The notes under the pieces: generated by a model | Database searches by the model: none | What the model saw: the letters and a program-made list of their open reading frames with translations, nothing else | Told to the model about the DNA's origin: nothing | Source of the DNA: the human T2T-CHM13v2.0 reference genome, Homo sapiens | Strand: one strand, 5' to 3' | Assembly (NCBI RefSeq): GCF_009914755.1 | Contig: NC_060936.1 | Length of the DNA stretch: 64,000 nt | Translations under genes and position numbers: made by a program | Shown: positions 13,704 through 28,580 of the stretch, piece after piece | Layout: each line of letters begins with the position of its first letter | Position numbering within the stretch: the first letter of the stretch is position 1

Positions 13704-16700
13704 GTGAGTGGTGCTGAGGTGTACTCCTTACATGCATTATATCCTAGAAGAGTAGCACTTTCAATGACTTTTAAAAAAACCTTTCAAAGTTTTGGGAGAC
13801 TTTTATAGATCATGTTCATTAGTAAAGTCTTAAGAATCATCATTTGTAAGCCATTTATTTAGAGAAGGACTAAGTATAGGTGGTGATAGTATCTGTTACC
13901 ACTGCAGTATAATTCCTAGGTCCAAATTTGGGTCGACACTAAAAGCATCATAAAATATGCCTTAGGTTTCAAGTTTGGAGTCTGAAGCAAAATATTTCAA
14001 AGCTGTGTGTCACCACTCTTGGGCTTTCTGAGCACTATTCTACTAATGCTATAAATTGGCAACCTCTTTTAAAGCAGAGAAGTATTTCTAATAATGAAAG
14101 GCTAGAAAATCTTGATGGCTAACTAGTTTTTCAGACTTTTCTCTATAATAATCTTGGTAAGTCTGGAAAATCCTTTAGCTTGTGTTTCCATTTTTTAAAT
14201 AATGTCTATTATTGGCTTCATTAAGTCAAGGGGGGGCATAAAAATCTCCTTAGGTAAGGATATTCAACTAAATTACATCTCAGTTTTAGTATGCTTGCTG
14301 TATATCATCTCTTGTCTCTTGAGCATTTAAATGACTTATTCGTCCCAGGAGGGAAAATAATTTGACCTTGTTTGTAGTAGGTAAATCACTTATGAATAAA
14401 TTCTTCACACTTTACAGGTAAATAAACTCTGTAAGGGCACCAGCCAGCGTGCTGTCTCATAAATTCCTTAATCTCTCATTTGCAAAAGTTACGTGTGTGC
14501 ATTTTTAACTAGATGCTGGATCTCGAAGGTCTCACATAAACTGATTTCCCCCTGAAATAAAAAACTTTAACTTCACAGCCTTCTAATAATTGCTAGATTA
14601 TATGGAGAGACTGGACTCCTAAAACCACAAATCCACATCCTCACCAGTTCAGTTGCCCTTTTGTAGACCCTGGTATGTTGCTTACAGCATTAGCAAAAAC
14701 CATGACTAGAAGGCTGCAAATGTTGAGAGTCAAAAGATAGCCTGATTCTAATAAGGCAATTTTGTTATATCCACGTGAGAGTCAAAAAAGCCTATTCAGA
14801 CCCTATTTTTAAGGCCTTGCCATTTGTAATATGGCCTAAAAAGGAAAAGCATAAGAAAAAAGTAATGTGCTATGTAGTACAATTGACTAAAGTTCTCTCT
14901 GATTGTCACTTAAATTTTAGTTTTGACTACCATTACTGATGAAGCTGTGCTATAAAGCTTTCTTTTATACATTAATTATTTTTTATTAAGGAGGATCTAT
15001 GTGTAAGTTATACCAAGAGGAACTGTGGTTGAGGCTTAATGTTTGGGGATTTTGTGTATTTGGGTTTGAACATTTTAGTTGTTTTGTTTCTCTGGATCAC
15101 TAGTAGTTATCCACTAATACAGGTGGGGATTGTATGAGTTTGATTGATTGGGGTTTGCTGCTGAAGAGTTTTCATTTTTTGCGGTTTCTTCTCAAACATT
15201 CAATATTCTCTAGGTCAGCAGCCTTTAATTTTGATCCTTGACTTACAGTACAAAGAGACGCCTTTAGCTTACTGCTTTGTTTCCCTTTTTTGAATGAAGT
15301 GTTATTTAAAAAGGTTTTAAATAAATGAAGGGTTTACCTAGCGTTGAGGTACATTTGTACCTGAAACTTAGAAAACTTGTTTGCCTCTGTTGGCTACTGA
15401 ACCTGGTTTACAGGAGAGGGACTTCCCTAAACCTTTCTGAATGAAACATCCAGTTCTAGTCATGTTAACTTTGGTGGTCAGCAAAACCAGCCTTGAAGTC
15501 TCAGTATTGCTACACTGTAAAACTATCTTAAGTTTTTTTCATGGAGCTACTTAAAATTTTTAATTTCTTGCAATCAGAATAGCTTTCTACTAAATTACAT
15601 TTTTTTCCCCATAATGATGCAGTTTCTCTTGAGCCATTTTTCTTTTACAGCATGTGATATTAGAGAATAATTTACAGTTTATCACGAGATACCTTTGTTA
15701 GGCTGTGTGAAAAGAAAGTTTAAAGCCCATATTTTGTGTAAAAAGACAGATTGGGTAAAACAATAAATTTTACAGATTATTTATTTGCTTGTCTTTCTGT
15801 TCTAGATAGGACCGTAATCTTCCCTCATCCCCCCTTTCTAGTACCTTCCCATAAAATACGTTAGTGAAGGGAAAATAATGATAAACAGGACTTAGTTCTA
15901 TAATAGTTCAAAACTGCCTTCCAAGTAATTTTCCATACTTTCTGGAATGAAACATATGGCAGTAATGTACTGTGCCTCTGGTAATGGAAAGTAGTTTAAA
16001 AATACTCTCAATATTTTATATTTTAAAGGGTGTGTGTATGTGTGTGTGTGAGTGTATGTGTTTTCAGGTTTTTCTATCCCATGTAGATTTAATGGAATTA
16101 TTTTTATATGCTTATACCTGTTTTTACGGGTTTACATAGGGGCATTTTTGAATAAAACTTGTAACGAGGTGTTTATTGTTACAGATAATTTGTGCATGCA
16201 AGTTTTAGAAGGCTTGAAATGATCTTGCAGAGAAAACTACTTGGTAGGAGGGGGGTGACATTTTCTGTAATTTAAGTTGTCATAGTAACCTGCATCAAGA
16301 CGCATACTTGGAATCCAGGCCTGAAGAATTTCAGTGACAATAAACATTCCAATTGCATTCATCATCCTTTTTTTGGCCAAGAAAGGAGCCATCCATTGTG
16401 ACCTAATTATTTTATTTCCGTTTTTAGAAGATGAGTAATAATTTGCATGTTTCAGTGCTTTGAAACTTCCCTAGTAGAATAAAAATGAAAAAAGTTCAGC
16501 TGTTTATATTTGAGATTGACATTTTCTGATAATGTATCGCAAACTAGTTATTTCAGATTTTGAGACAGGTTTGGTGTGATGATTACTTAATGAAATATGA
16601 AAGAAACAGGATTTGATACTGATTGAAGAAATTGCCATATCCATTGGTTAACGTGCAAGTCTAATATTAAGAATATTGGAATTTGGTTTTCATGAAGCTC

Positions 16701-16913
16701 TGATTCGAGAATGTTATGACTTCCCTATTATCAGTTTGCTAATATTTTTATTTGATGGCATTTTGTACTGCAGTCTTAATTGGGTACAAATGTATTTTAG
16801 TAAAAAGGATGAGGCATCGTTTTTATTAGTGGAATCAGCTTACTTTGAGAAATTTGTATCCAGACATCATTTTTAGATATCTTTCACAAAGGACTGTAGA
16901 ATATTGTTTCTGA

Positions 16914-17267
<354 letters not shown>

Positions 17268-17544
17268 TGAATGCTAGCTAAGATTATTTGAAGTTAAAAA
17301 TTCTCAAAGAAAGAATACTAGGAGAAATAAGGTGGTAAGAGTGAGTATGTGTGGGTGTGTATGTGTGTCCATTCATTTAAGGAAACTTGGAAAATAAATA
17401 GGGAGAGTTCATGGCTAGTCTAATTAATAAAAAAACAAAATCAGAAATCAGTTTACCGGGAAAATGTGAAGGAAAATAACATCACTCCTCTCAATGTTTA
17501 GAGATATTTACTGTTAATATTTTATGGGAAGTATCTATAATTTT

Positions 17545-17900
17545 TTTTTCTAGTCAGTATATAATTTATTGAGGATCTGTTATTTGCCAGGTAGGCTTAA
17601 ACAATAAACAAGACAAAGACCTTACCATCATGGTTTTTACAGGCTCTGGGACAAGTAAATAAGAAAATGACACAGCAGTATGGTAGGTGAGTCTTCTGAT
17701 GGAGGGAGAGATGAGTGAGGTTTACCTACCTAAACTAGCCTGGGTCATGGAGGAGAAGTGATCAGGTTAACCTTTAGAGGGCTCAATAATTTCAAACCCA
17801 AATTAGTTTCCTGATTCACAGTGAAATCAAGAGAAACTTTTTCCACCAAACCATGCTCTGTGATATTGATAACAATGACTAATATTTATATAGCACTTTC
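17545..17900 (-). pseudogene. Putative retroposed transcript 3' fragment made of L2/MIR-derived sequence
   Basis: Perfect 22-bp direct repeats at 17523-17544 and 17901-17922. Minus-strand AATAAA at 17565-17570, 15 nt before an A9 run. Confidence 0.55.
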
Positions 17901-18038
17901 TATGGGAAGTATCTATAATTTTGTAAACAACATTGAGATCAAGCTCAGCCAAAATACTAAAACAGTGAATTTGACCTAAAATTATTAGAATTTGCAACAT
18001 ACTTGCTGTTATCAGTAGTGTCTAAAATAGCACTGATG

Positions 18039-18258
18039 GGCCAGGCATGGTGGCTCACAACTGTAATCCCAGCATTTTGGGAGGCTGAGGCAGGAGGATC
18101 ACTTGAGTTCAGGAGTTCAAGACCCTGTCTCTACAAAAAAAATTTTTAAAAATCAGCTGGGCACAGGATTGCAACCTGTAGTTCCAGCTACTCCGGAGGC
18201 TGAGGTGGGAGGATTACACCACTGTGCTCCACCCTGGGTGACAGAGAGTACTATTGAA
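18039..18258 (+). mobile_element. AluJ with internal deletions
   Basis: ggccaggcatggtggctcac...gaggatcacttgagttcaggagttcaagac|cctgtctctac. Confidence 0.85.
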
Positions 18259-18259
18259 A

Positions 18260-19030
18260 AGGAGACTAAAAATTATTTGCAGATAATAAAAAGTTCCCAA
18301 GGCAATCAACTAAAATGTAGTTTAGTAGGGTTCCACTGTAAATCATGTAAATATCATGATCTTTTGTGTATGATAATAATAACCAGTTTAAAAGTATGAG
18401 GAAAAAAGCCCATTCATAGTAGCAACAAAAAATATGCCAGGGATTAAACTCGGTAAGAAATGCAATTGGCCTGTAGAAAGGAAACTAGTGAACTTTGCTC
18501 TGAAGATAATGAGGAGACTTATGTTTCTGGATAGGAAGACAATTCTTTAGTTAGTTTTAATATTTTATATTGATTTGTAAGTTGAATATAACTCCAAGCA
18601 AAATCTCAGGAATTTCTCATAGATCAGTGATTCTGAATTATTTTACATTTTTATAGAATAAATAAGAGCCAAGAAATGTTTATACGGTAAAGAAGAATAA
18701 TGAAGGAAAAGTTGTAATGCTAGACATTAATTTGAAAATGGTATGATTTTGATAAAATAGACAAATATTTGGAGCAGAATGGAAAGCTCAGAAGAATGTT
18801 GTGTTGATAAAAGTGCCACTGCAAATAATGAATGTAAAAATGTAGTAATACATATACTAGAAAAGAGTGTATATGAATATCTATCTTGGGCTTGGGAGAA
18901 AGAAGCTACTAAAACATAGAAGCAAATGTTAAATGGAATAATTCCTATGTGTAATGATACTAAAAATTAAAATAATTTAATTTTGCTTATATCATGTACA
19001 AAAAGGCAGTCACCTGGGGAAAATATTCAA
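18260..19030 (+). mobile_element. Old L1M (L1ME-like) ORF2 fragment
   Basis: Degenerate ORF2 motifs (ccattcatagtagcaacaaaa, ctggataggaagacaat, ggagcagaatggaaagctcagaa). Confidence 0.6.
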
Positions 19031-19103
19031 GTCATGTATTCAAATTTTTTTCTTTCTATAATATGTAATTACATTATTAATATATAATTACATTGGTAAT
19101 ATA

Positions 19104-21039
<1,936 letters not shown>

Positions 21040-21068
21040 TTAATACCTGTATTATATAAAAAATTATT

Positions 21069-21306
21069 GGCCAGGCACAGTGGCTCACGCTTGTAATCCC
21101 AGCACTTTGGGAGGCCAAGGCGGGCAGATCACGAGGTCAGGAGTTTGAGACCAGCCTGACCAACATGGTGAAACCCCTTCCTACTAAAAATAGAAAAAAA
21201 TTAGCCAAGCGTGGTGGCGCACACCTGTAATTTCAGCTACTCAGGAGGCTGACACAGGAGAATCACTTGAACCCAGGAGGCAGAGGTTGCAGTGAGCAGA
21301 GATCAT
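21069..21306 (+). mobile_element. AluSg-like, 3'-truncated
   Basis: gatcacgaggtcaggagtttgag. Ends abruptly at gcagagatcat. Confidence 0.9.
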
Positions 21307-21307
21307 G

Positions 21308-21978
21308 CTTGATCTCTTGGATGTCTTTTATTTCTTTCTCTTGCCTTATTTCTCTGGCTAGGACCTCCAGTGCTGTGTTGAATCGGAGTGGTGAAAGTAG
21401 GCATCCTTGTCTTGTTCCAGTTTTTGGAGGAAATGCTTTCAATTTTCCTCATTTAGTATGATGTTAGCTGTGGGTTTATAGTACATGATGTTTATTATTT
21501 TAGCACATTGTATTATTGAAGATTCAAAAACATATACATGACACACATATAAATAACCTATACATAAATGTAACTCATTCATCTAGAGTTAATTTTTATA
21601 TATGGTGACATGGATCCAGTTTCATTCATCTACATTCAGCTAATTAATTTCCCAGCACCATATATTGAAGAGGGTGTCCTTTCCTCATGTATGGTATGTT
21701 CCTTCTGTGCCTAGTTTGTTGAGTGTTTTTATCATGAAGGGATGTTGAATTTTATCAAATGCTGTTTCTGTGTCTATTGAGATGATCATATGGTTTTTAT
21801 CCTTGATTTTGTTTAGGTGATGTATCACATTTATTGATTTGCATATGTTGAACCATCCTTGCATGCCTGATACAAAACCCATTTGATCATAATGGATTAT
21901 CTTTTTGATGTGCTGTTGAGTTCAGTGGGCTCGTGTTTTGTTGAAGATTTTTGCATCTGTGTTCATCATGAATATTGC
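21308..21978 (-). mobile_element. Rearranged L1 ORF2 fragments (L1PA/PB/MA-age)
   Basis: ORF 21685..21882(-) translates as L1 RT-like ([53 protein letters not shown]). Confidence 0.9.
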
Positions 21979-22473
21979 AGACCTTTGTCTCTGTAATTCC
22001 CAATTCTGGCAGTGGGAGAAGTAAGTAAGGTAAGAATGCTCATACAGTGCAACTAGAAGGCAGACTATTATGCAGCCAATAAAAGAGTTTATCTGCTTAT
22101 CTATAGATTTTTTTTAACTCTTTAATGAAATGGAAAAATGATAACCTGAAAAGTGACAATATCAGGACATAATATATTATAACCTTCAAAAAATAACTGT
22201 ATAGGGGGAATAAAAACCTAGAAGGAAACATACTAAAGTGTTAATGATGATTTTTCTCCAAGTGGTAGAACTATAGGAAAATAATTACTGTGTTCATTTA
22301 AAACACAGATTATGTAAAGCAAGTATTAATAATCAGAAATTTTATATATAGATTATATTTTTAAAAAAATCTAAGGTTGACCTGATGTCTATGATTTCAT
22401 TATATGCCTTTAAAAATACATATATGTATTTATAGTAAAAAATACATTTTCCATAAGGATAAATGTATCAAGG

Positions 22474-22772
22474 GGCCAGGTGCGGTGGCTCATGCATGTA
22501 ATCCTATCACTTTAGGAGGCTGAGGTGGGAGGATCACTTGAACCCAGGAGTTTGAGACCAGACAGGGCAACATGGTGAAACCCTATCTCTACAAAAAATA
22601 CAAAAATTAGACAGGTGTTGTGACATATGCCTATAGTCCCAGCTACTGGGGAGGCTGAGGTGAAAGGATTGTTTGAGCCTGGGAGGTCAAGGCTGCAGTG
22701 AGTTGTGATTGTGCCACTGCACTCAAGACTGGGTGACAGACTGAGACCCTGTCTCAAACATAAAAAACAAAA
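22474..22772 (+). mobile_element. AluJ (Jb-like)
   Basis: gggaggatcacttgaacccaggagtttgagacc...gaggtcaaggctgcagtgag. Confidence 0.92.
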
Positions 22773-22981
22773 CTTCTTGAGACTGGACTATACACAGAAT
22801 TGAATAACAAGGGGCATATCACAGTCTCTAGGCAGGGATGAATATACTGAACTCCTGAGCTGTTATTAATGAATGATTTGACTGAGATTTATGCCTACAT
22901 TGTCAGTATCATGCTTCCTGGAGGTGTGGGGCTCAGCATCTTTGGGAATGAGAAAGAGCAGTGTGTTCCTGTCTTAGTCTA

Positions 22982-23320
22982 CAGTTGACCTTGCACACAA
23001 CATGGGGGTTAGGGAGTGCCAGCCTCTTGTGGAGTCAGAACTCTGCATATAACTCTTGACTACCCCAGAACTTAACTACTAATAGCCTATTGTTGACCAG
23101 AAGGCTTACCAATAACATACACTGTCAATTAACACATATTTTGTATGTTATATGTATTATATACTGTATTTGTACAATGAAGTAAGAGAAAAGACAGTGT
23201 TATTAAGAAAATCTTAAGGAAGAGAAAATATATTTACTATACAGTAAGTGGAAGTGGATCATCAGAAAGGTCTTCATGTTGAGTAGGCTGAGGAAGAGGA
23301 GGAGGAGGAAGGGGAGCTCT
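22982..23320. mobile_element. Tigger2a/MER28-like DNA transposon, one end missing
   Basis: ta|cagttgacc terminus, aacttaactactaatagcctattgttgaccagaag, aagtggaagtggatcatc. Confidence 0.8.
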
Positions 23321-23454
23321 TCTGACATGGCATGACTGGTACCTTCTACTTTTCTGAAATTCTGGAAAATAGGTTTTTAGCAAAATGAAATTATTAGTCA
23401 TTGTATATTTAAATTGTTCATTGAAAAAAAGTAATACAATAAGTGAAAGGTATA

Positions 23455-23586
23455 AAATGAGGTGGTTCATGCTTATAATCCCAGCACTTTGGGAGGCCAG
23501 AGCAGAAGGGTCACCTGAGGCCATGGGTTTGAGGCCAGTCTGGGCAACAAAGGGAGACCCTGTCTTTACAAAAAGTTAAAAAAAAA
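23455..23586 (+). mobile_element. FLAM / Alu left monomer
   Basis: ggttcatgcttataatcccagcactttgggaggcc...gagaccctgtctttacaaaaa. Confidence 0.8.
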
Positions 23587-23744
23587 TGGAAGTTATGAAA
23601 TGAAAAATAAGGTTTCATTCTTTCTCATTGTTTTTCCTCTATCCAAAGGTAATCCTCATTAGCAGTTTCTTGGGTTTCTCTGCAGAAAAAGAAATGTGTA
23701 CATATAACGTGTATTTGTGTCTTTTTAAATTTTTACGGATGGGG

Positions 23745-23767
23745 TGTGTGTGTGTGTGTGTGTGTGT
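23745..23767. repeat. (TG)n microsatellite
   Basis: Read directly from the sequence. Confidence 0.95.
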
Positions 23768-24859
23768 TTTACACTAGGTTTTTGTTTTGTTTTGTTTTAC
23801 AGATTGATTTGTTTAATTGCCAGATTAATCTTAAAGGCAGATAGGATAATAGTTTGCAGGTTGAATTGGTGAGAGTTTGGTGACCATTTATTATTGGTTT
23901 GCATTCTTTCATTTGGCTGAGTTTGTAAAAATGGGGTCAGTATGTAATTACCTGACAGGTGTGAAACTGCAACTGATTCTACTCCTCATTGCACCGGTGA
24001 CTGTCATCTTAATCAAGTCATTCTCTGTGACCTGGTTTTAATACGTGAATATTGAGACCGTGCCTATATTAACCTGAATGCAGTAGAGAAAATGTAAAAA
24101 TAAGACAAGGTTAGAATATAAAATCTTTTTTTTGGTTGTTGTTTTTAAGCTCTACTAAGATAATTTTGCAAAGGCTATTTCTTTTATCTAAAGTGAGCTT
24201 TGTGAAAGTTATAATACTAGAATAGGATGAAACCCATCGTTTCTGCCTTTGAGGAACATATAGTCTCACCATGTTAAGGTTCATATCAGATGGGAAAAAT
24301 ACAGCTTTTATTGCCACATAATACCATATTATATCAGCTAATGCCCTGTCTGTTTCTCCCCTACTTTCTTTTACTTTCTCCCAGATTTCAGCTAGGCTAT
24401 ACTTGCTCCTTAGAAATTTTAGAAAAACTTGTCTTGAACCTCCAATTTCAATACTTGTGACAGTTTCCCTGTGATCTTCCTAAGTCCAGAGTTCTGTATC
24501 AGTTGAATGGTTTTTCATCTGTCTTTGTCATCTACTTCAATGTGTAGTCTTCGGTTTTGCCCTTTAAAGCTTTAAACGTTAAACCTTTCTCTTCCATTGG
24601 TTTCTGTTAAAAGACAAATATGGGTGCATATGTGCACAGACACACACACACACACACCCTGCTTAGTAGACCTACCAAAGACCCAGGAGTTAGAAAAAAG
24701 ATACTCATCTTGTAGGAAGGGCAGCCTTGATTTCTTCCTGGTCCCTGGCTTCATCCTTATCTCTATCCTTTTCTTCTTCCCTTCCCTTCAGGATGTCCCA
24801 AGGAACTGTGTCTGTGTTCTGTAGTTTCAGAAATTGCCATATATCATCTAGAGTGATTA

Positions 24860-25065
24860 ATCTGGGTGCAAGTCAGCTTCTCATGTTAATTAATTGTATG
24901 CCCTTGAGTACTTGGTTTCCCTAAGATCTCTTTTAGGTCTCTAAAACCTCCAGTCTCCTTACTTGAATATTGGATATAATGATATCTGCTTTAGTGGATG
25001 TTTGAAGACTAAATTATATATGTAAAGGACTTAGCATGTAAGCAATTCAGTGAATGATAACTGTC
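24860..25065 (+). mobile_element. MIR
   Basis: ctgggtgcaagtcagcttctc...tgtatgcccttgagta...tgtaaaggacttagca. Confidence 0.6.
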
Positions 25066-25167
25066 ATCCTTTTTATTAAAATAGTACTGTTTTTCCCAAA
25101 TGCTTGTCTCGCTCTAGACGTGGACTACATATATGTTTATACAAGTGGACTTTCAGTCTTTTATACT

Positions 25168-25288
25168 TAGGGGTAGTTGTTTAAACCAGACACTTTGGAG
25201 AGGTAACTAGGGCACTATTGATAATTACACCAGAATAACAGTTTAAACCATTGCTGTTCCAGGTAAACCAGGACCCATAGTCACTCTA
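25168..25288 (-). mobile_element. MER94-like hAT fossil
   Basis: Reverse complement tagagtgactatgggtcctggtttacctggaacag...gtaattatcaatagtgccc...ctccaaagtgtctggttt. Confidence 0.65.
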
Positions 25289-25446
25289 GATACACGCTTC
25301 GTTTCTGACTCATGGTGCGTGCTCAGAGAACAAGGGCCCTTGTCCATTGAGTGGGACAGTGTTGGAATAGTGGAACATGGGATGAAACGAGGTCACATTC
25401 ATCTTTCTTAGCTTTAGTTCTTACTCACTAAAATCGAGTTTAACAA

Positions 25447-25860
25447 TACTTAGTTCATTTTGGGTTGCTATAGAGGAATACCTGAGACTAGGTAATTTGT
25501 AAAGAAAAAAGGTTTATTTGGCTTACAATTCTGATGTCTCAAAAAGTTCAAGATTGGGCATCTGGTGAGGGCCTCAGGCTGCTTCCACTCATGGTGGAAA
25601 GTGAAGGGGAGCCAGCGTGTGCAGAGATCACATGGGGAGAGAGGAAGTGCTTTAGGGGTGGCAAGTGAGGGGTTGGCCGGAGGGAGGAGGTGCCAGGCTC
25701 TTTTCAGCAACCAGCTCTGGCAGAGCTCATAGTGAGAACTCACTCACCATCAGGGGAGGGCATTAACCTATTTATGAAGAATCCGCCCCCATGACCCTGA
25801 CACCTCCCACTAGGCCCCACGTCCCCACTGCCACACTGGGGATCAAATTTCAACATAACA
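25447..25860 (-). mobile_element. MaLR LTR, MSTB/C-like
   Basis: gttgctatagaggaatacctgagactaggtaattt...ctggtgagggcctcagg...ggggatcaaatttcaacat. Confidence 0.85.
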
Positions 25861-26571
25861 CCAGACTGGAGGAAGTTATAGGTGTCAAAGTTTGAATCTT
25901 TTGTAAAAGGAACAAAGCCTTTTCACCATTGTCTTTCATAGTTGTTCTCCTCACTAGCAAATCTGTCTCTCAGACCTGGCATTACCTAGACTTGAGGCTT
26001 ACAGCATCTACTGGAAGGACAGGTAGGTAGTAAGTGGTAATAGTCATGTTGTATATACTGCAAGAGCAGAATGAAGAAGGTGCCTGGGAGCACAGAAGGA
26101 GCTCCTTCAACTGTGCAGAGGTGAAGGAGGGCTTCTTGTTTGATGTCAGTGTAGCTGAGTTTGTAAAGGTGAGTGGGTCTTTAGAGAGGCCTACTCTCAC
26201 AGGAAGTAGCCTCTGCAAAGCCCAGAAAGGAACAGGGGCATAGTGTTTTTGGGAAAAGCAAGTACAGCCGAGTGTGGGCAGGGGATGGCTGACTTAAAAG
26301 CAGCATTCTTACTCTAGTTTAACAGAAACAGCCTTTTAGTGGCATTGGGCCATATGGTAATTGAAAGGATCAAAATTATTTACATAAGTACATAAAGTTC
26401 TAGTTGGAGGATAAGCAGAAGTAGTAACAATTTGGAATAACCTAAACCTCACATCTGTGTAAGTGGAAAAATTACATTTTTTATTCCTGATCATTTCTTT
26501 ATCATCTCAAGACATTAAATATTTAATGCATCCTCATTCTTCAAAAGGATATTACTTTAAAATGTTCTCAC

Positions 26572-26860
26572 ATCAGGTGCGGTGGCTCACGCCTGTAATC
26601 CCAGCACTTTGGGAGGCCGAGGCGGGCAGATCTCAAGGTCAGGAGACCGAGACCATCCTGGCTAACATGGTGAAACCCTGTCTGTACTAAAAATACACAA
26701 AATTAGTCAGGTGTGGTGGCGGGCGCCTGTAGTCCCAGCTACTCTGGAGGCTAAGGCAAGAGAATGATGTGAACCCGGGAGGCGGAGCTTGCAGTGAGCC
26801 GAGAAAGCCACTGAATTCCAGCCTGGGCAACACAGCGAGACTCCGTTTAAAAAAAAAAAA
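26572..26860 (+). mobile_element. AluY/Sc8-like
   Basis: gagaccatcctggctaac, gtgaacccgggaggcggagcttgcagtgag. Confidence 0.92.
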
Positions 26861-27911
26861 TTATCACTTAAATGTTAGATATAGATAGATAATATTAGAA
26901 GCTATACTGTTTCCAGCCAGTTGATGTAATGTTGTTCCATCCCCTTTAGCATGTTCTCCTGTGAGCTGCTATAGCTACTAGACAATTTTACTGTGTAAAT
27001 TCTTTGCAAATTTGCCTTACTGGAGTGGGAATTATGTAAGGGATACAGTGATTAAAGATCACAATATTTTTGGTACAACAAATAATGCTTTTAGAAACAC
27101 AGGCTGATATTGTCATTTGTATTCCATTTTGCTCCAAGGATCATTTGAGTGTATACTCTAAATCTTTCTTATGTTAAGAAGTAGAAATATAGTGATTTTT
27201 ACATTAATAACAGAGTAATTTCTTATAGTAATATTTGTGTTCTCATTTGAACATAAAATAATGTCATATGGGTGGCTTGACCTCAGCTCTCTAGTACCAT
27301 AGTGTCTGCTTCTGTTTAGGCATATTGCAAGCATCTGCATAGAATCTTAATTTTCTTTTTTACTTGGAAGGTACTTTGGAGATTCAGATTTGAGGTTGAC
27401 GAAATCAAGACACAGAGACTGATATGCTCCCTCTAGCCTTCCCTTCTAGGTCAGGTCACTCTTTTATTCATCTTGGTGGTCCTGGTGCATAGCCAGTAGA
27501 TAAAGCTCTGCCAAATGAGCAGATATATCTGTATATTCACAGAGCCTGAATTACAACCCAGATCTTTTGACTTCCAGATCAGTCCAGTGTTTTTTCTTGC
27601 ACACTGGTAGTCCCCCGTGTACCACAAAATGGATTTCTGTAGCAGCATTCCCAAGTTTCAAGTTATATGATGCTTAGCTGCCAGCTATCATAACACCATC
27701 CTTTTCTCACAAGAAATCCAAGCTCACCGACGTGTTAGGATAAGGGACTATCTGGGCTGAGAACCAATGGATATATGAGGATGTTCTTGAATAAATTTTA
27801 ATTCCACACTCATGATGGAATTTTGTGCTTTTCAATATGTTGTTAACACTTCTACTGATCAAACTATAGAATAAAGCTATACCTACAGGAGCACAGACCT
27901 TATTTCTAAGT

Positions 27912-28095
27912 AGTGTTTCTAGGCAGGAGTGATTCTGCCATCAGGGGTGTTTGGGAAATTGGTGAGGGAATTTTTGGTTGTCACAATGATGGGAAGGCTG
28001 TTACTGGCATTTAGTGGATGGGTGGTGGCGGAGATGCTGGGCATCCTGTAGTGCACAGGACTGTCCCACATAACGACTTCCAAATGACCCACGTT
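27912..28095. mobile_element. MER20/MER20B-like hAT-Charlie
   Basis: tttttggttgtcacaatga...ctgttactggcatttagtgg...gatgctgggcatcctgtagtgcacaggactgtcccac. Confidence 0.75.
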
Positions 28096-28099
28096 GGTA

Positions 28100-28580
28100 T
28101 TTCCAAGTCATGAGACTGGATGAGATCCCCAAGGGAGTGGATAGAAATAGAGAGGAGGAGAGGACTAATGATTGAGACCTGGGATACTCAAATATTAAAA
28201 ATTCCTAGAGCAGAGCAGACTGAGAAGGAACCCCAGTAAAGCAAGAGGAAAACCAAGAAAGTGCTGTGTCCTGGAAGAGAGTGAAGAAAGTAGATCAGGA
28301 GGAAGGAGTGACAAACTGACCCTTATATTTAGCAAGGTGAAGGTGATTGGTGACCTCGATAAGAGTAGTTTGGTTAGATGGTAGGGGCAAAAGCATGGCA
28401 GGAATGAGCTTGATAGAGAATGGAAAGTGAGAAAATGAAAGCAAGTGTAGACAATTCTTGAAAGGAGTTTTGCTGCAAAAGGAAAGTAATCAGTGGGAGG
28501 AGAGAGATCAGAAGAAGGCTGTTGTGTTTAAGATGGGTAAAATAGCCATTTATTCTTTGATTGAAAAGAAAAACTGATGG
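28100..28580 (-). mobile_element. L2 fragment
   Basis: catgagactggatgagatccccaagggag...gaaggtgattggtgacctcgataagagtagttt...gcaagtgtagacaattctt. Confidence 0.8.

Noticed and set aside
21685-21882. Reverse-transcriptase-like peptide
   Set aside because: It is a short dead fragment of L1 ORF2, not a functional or novel RT.
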